DNA from: Vicugna vicugna
Taxonomy: Eukaryota
Reading direction: 5' to 3'
Assembly: GCA_013265495.1 (NCBI GenBank)
Contig: MU063048.1
Location: forward strand, 4,407,469-4,471,468
DNA length: 64,000 nt
The notes below the pieces were generated by a model. That model was given only the letters and a program-made list of their open reading frames with translations, was not told the DNA's origin and ran no database searches. Of the stretch, positions 60,835-64,000 are shown in pieces. A program made the translations under genes and the position numbers. Numbering within the stretch: position 1 is the stretch's first letter; every line of letters starts with the position of its first letter.

Positions 60835-62979
60835 CCTGCTATTCCATTTTAAATGAATGATTTAATGCTTTAAAACCTTATCCATGTATGTCTACATATG
60901 TGTCTGTAAACGCTCCTCTGGGGCCCTTAGTAACTTGCAAGTGTGCGCAGAGTCCTGAGTCCCGGGGAACTGGCCAAGGACTCTTGGGCTCCTCGTTCTG
61001 TTTCTGCCTCTGCCTGGAGGGGACGATTTTCAGGACATCATCCGGGGGGAGTCTGATGTTCCTTTGGGCTCTGGTGTTACAGCTTCACTTCCCCGTGGGG
61101 TCCAAATTCTCTCCAGGACGTTTGGCTGAAACTGGCTCCGCCGAGCACACGAGCACACGAGCGCACCCCCGTGCCCTGGTTCCCTCTGTCCCAGCTGACG
61201 CGGTGGCCACACAGCAGCACAGCCCTCGGCAGAGTTACTTCTCTTGGGGACGTCACACCGTCAGCGGAGCTGGTGGCATCAACATATCCACGCTCGGGTT
61301 TCACTAGCAGAGAGTCCCGGTTTGGAAACCAGGGGACTTCTTCGGCGCCTCTGTGTCTCTGTTGGTAAAACGGGGAAGTCAGTTGCCCACCCTGCTTTGG
61401 CGATGTCACGTTGGTGGCTTGCCGTCCGCTGTAGCAGGAGAGTTCTCACCAGAGAGAGTGGCAAACGTTGAGAGACGGGGCTTTTGTGTTTTCTCAGAAC
61501 CGGTGATTAAACGTGTAGTGGGACATCTCTGCTTCATCCTGATTACCTCGTAGAGAAATTAAAATAAAGCAAGTCAAATCGTGCCTGGCAGGGAGCGCCT
61601 GGCGACAGCCGGTGGCTGGCACTGCTGTGACCACGTTTCAGAGGAAGAGGTGATTCTGACACACACCGAAGTGTGGGAACCGCCGTTATGGCGGAAAAGG
61701 ACCCTGGTCTGTGTACCCAGCACGATTCCTCCAGACGCGAACGTCGCGGTGGAGGGAGGTCCTCATCACCCCCTTCAGGGTCTGGACCCCTGGGGTGGGG
61801 GGGTCCCGTGAAGGCAGGACAGCGCATCTAGACCCGCCTCGCTTTTCCGATGGGAGGGGTCAGCAGCCCCGCAGGCAGAGGCTCACAGCCTGGGGTGCCG
61901 GCGCAGCCTGCCGCTCCCGCCGCCTGCAGCGAGGCCCTGGCCCCTCTCCTCACTTCTTTCTATCAGCCACGCAGTACGTTTGGCTGAACCGGGGCTTCTT
62001 TGTCTGAGGGGGAGCCATCGGGGGGGCAGGGCTCTGCAGAGGGAGGGCAGAACTTCAGCGGGACGCGCGTCACAGATGCCCCTGCGAACCAGCTTGCTTC
62101 CCCTAGGGCGATGCCTCCGGGGGATGTCTCAGCAAGTCCGTCTCCGCTGGAGGACACGCAGCCTCCCCCCAGGGTCTGGTCCAGTTTCAGCAGGAATGTC
62201 TCGAGCAATGTTCCCACGGCCTCTTCCGGAGGCAGCAGCCGAGTCTTCAGAACAGATCGACCCAGGTACTCTCTCCCCTTTTCACTTCTTGAGCCGGAGA
62301 ACGGGTCCTTTGAGAAGCGTCTCCGTCCCTGGCCTCTGTGTACACGAGGTGCGAAGTGAGTGTTTTGTGGGTCCACACGCCAACGTAGTCGCTCAGAGGC
62401 CGGAGGACATCCTCCTCGGCTGACGGAGTTCAAGACCACGCGCCCCGCACGCTCTTGGGCTTTACCCAGGTCCGAGCCCTGAGTCCGAGCGCCCCAGCTT
62501 CTCTCCCCTCCGTCAGCTTCCCTCGGAGCCAGTGTGTGAATTCCTCTGAGTGGGTTCTTGCCAAGGCTTAGAAACTAGTTTAAGTTTTTCTCATGAATGA
62601 TCTCAGGCAGATTTGATTTAAAGCCTTCAGTTAAATCAGTTTTCATTCAGGAAGAAGGAGGGGGAATCGGAAGAGGAGGGGGCCTGGGGGAGGGGAGGAA
62701 CGGGAGGACGAGGGACGCGGTCCACTTTAAGCACTGCTCCTTTAATGACGTCTCTCAGATTGCTTCTGCCACTACACGAGGAAGCACGCTATTAATGCGG
62801 TTTGTGTGTGTTCGGTTCTTAATTGAGGTGTCTGTAATCGAACATTGCACTCGTGGACGCAGGGAGGACACTCACCCCGGTTGGGAGGGGGACGGCCACC
62901 GCCACGGATAAACCCCGCGCGTTTAAGTGCTCGCTGCACCGCAGACAGCAGGCTTGCATGCTCTGTCTGTTTCCCCATG

Positions 62980-62985
62980 TTTATT
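62980..62985 (-). terminator. Candidate polyadenylation signal AATAAA (minus strand)
   Basis: Minus strand reads gccgATTAAAaatccatatgctgtttttacaaaAATAAAcatgg. The downstream GU-rich element is weak. Confidence 0.25.
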
Positions 62986-63289
62986 TTTGTAAAAACAGCA
63001 TATGGATTTTTAATCGGCTTCATTTTTCTAAATCCTACATACGCTCCTTTAAAGTGAAACTCAAGTGGGCTTCCTTCCCAGTCGACGTGGAAACAGATGG
63101 TGATGAGCGGTGCACTTACTTTCTCTTCCCCGTCCACGACTTTCTGATCTTTGAACCAGAAAAGAGAGACGTGCACCATTCTTCAAAGCATTAGACGACT
63201 TTCTTCGATTTTAACTGAGTTAATCCAAGAGAAGAGAACATTGTTTCCACGCTGTCGACGTTTCCGGTGTTAAAATCGGCCCTGTGGCC

Positions 63290-64000
63290 ACGCCTGCTGT
63301 GACCACGGGAGCTTAAATGGCTGCCAGGCCTCCACCGGGGGCTCGTGGACGAGCCGGGCGCCCTGCCGTGCTCCGCCCCTGGGGCCGGCCCTCGAGGTCA
63401 CCTTCCCAGGGTCACCGCTTGTCCTTTGCAGCAGTTAGGGACACTGACACTGGACTGAACCTTGGGAAGAAGCTCAAGGAAAGATCTGGAAGGGGACACA
63501 CAGGCTGACGCCATCGTGAACCGGCCTGATGTCTGCGTGGCCCGGTCCTGCCCTGTTGAAACAAGACGGCCGGTCTCGGCTCTGACGTGGCCCCTCAAAG
63601 CCGGTGCCTGACATGCCCTCCGGTATTTGATCCAACGGAGGGTCAGTGTTTGTACGAAAGATCAGTCTCTCTGTGCCCTGGACGCCCCGGGGACTCAGCC
63701 CTCCTTTCTGGCTTTGGCTCTGTGGCCTGAGGACGGCCAGGCCTCCGGATGCTCCCTCCAGCCCCTCTTCCCGCCTCCCGAGCCCCTGACTCGCTCCTCC
63801 AGAGCTTCTTTGTGCTCTCACAGCCGAGCGCCCCTCGGGGCTGTCCGGCCACCTACACGGTCCTCGTCTTCCTCCTCCGCTGCCGGAGCCGCCCGACACC
63901 GCGGCCGGGTCTCGGGTCGTTCCTCCTCTTCGGGGACCACGTCCGGCCCTCGGTCCCCTGACCGCCCTCGTCTGACTTGCTCCAGCCTCCAGGCAGACCC
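63290..64000. other. CpG-dense GC-rich segment running off the right edge (possible exon or CpG island)
   Basis: Dense CG dinucleotides and a purine-rich minus strand. One minus frame is open from 64000 to a TGA at 63818-63820, another to 63474. No recognisable product. Confidence 0.3.

Noticed and set aside
61963-62439. 158-aa minus ORF with an amphipathic-looking stretch (EEAVGTLLETFLLKLDQ)
   Set aside because: No polypyrimidine acceptor on the minus strand, and overlapping plus frames are equally open, which indicates GC-driven stop depletion.
1-64000. Prokaryote-type systems (CRISPR arrays, operons, defence islands)
   Set aside because: The sequence is mammalian (MIR, L2, L1, MER20); there are no regularly spaced repeat-spacer arrays or dense ORF clusters.

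Overview
Mammalian genomic DNA, very probably a camelid (camel, alpaca or llama): a tRNA-derived SINE at 2871-3009 matches, from recall, the camelid-specific Vic-1 family. The window is GC- and CpG-rich, as in subtelomeric isochores, and has one 85-N scaffold gap (23892-23976). I could not recognise any protein-coding gene, RNA gene or CRISPR array. The listed ORFs are mostly chance open frames in GC-rich DNA, simple-repeat frames or decayed retrotransposon frames. The window reads as a large intron or intergenic block. It holds ancient repeats (L1, L2, MIR, MER20, MaLR-type LTRs), several alternating purine-pyrimidine arrays and one G-rich minisatellite. Short AT-rich islands carry homeodomain and forkhead motifs and look like developmental enhancers. 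Points worth follow-up: (i) the L1 and LTR fragments are almost all in minus orientation, hinting at a plus-strand host transcript; (ii) an ancient L2 copy has gained CpGs relative to consensus; (iii) there are isolated exon-like cassettes on both strands, including an in-frame plus-strand chain at 58.6/60.2/62.0 kb; (iv) there are possible convergent polyadenylation signals near 60.8 and 63.0 kb. Repeat family calls come from recalled consensus sequences, not a database search, and their boundaries are approximate. I found no convincing evidence of a new biological system; the findings are hypotheses to test.
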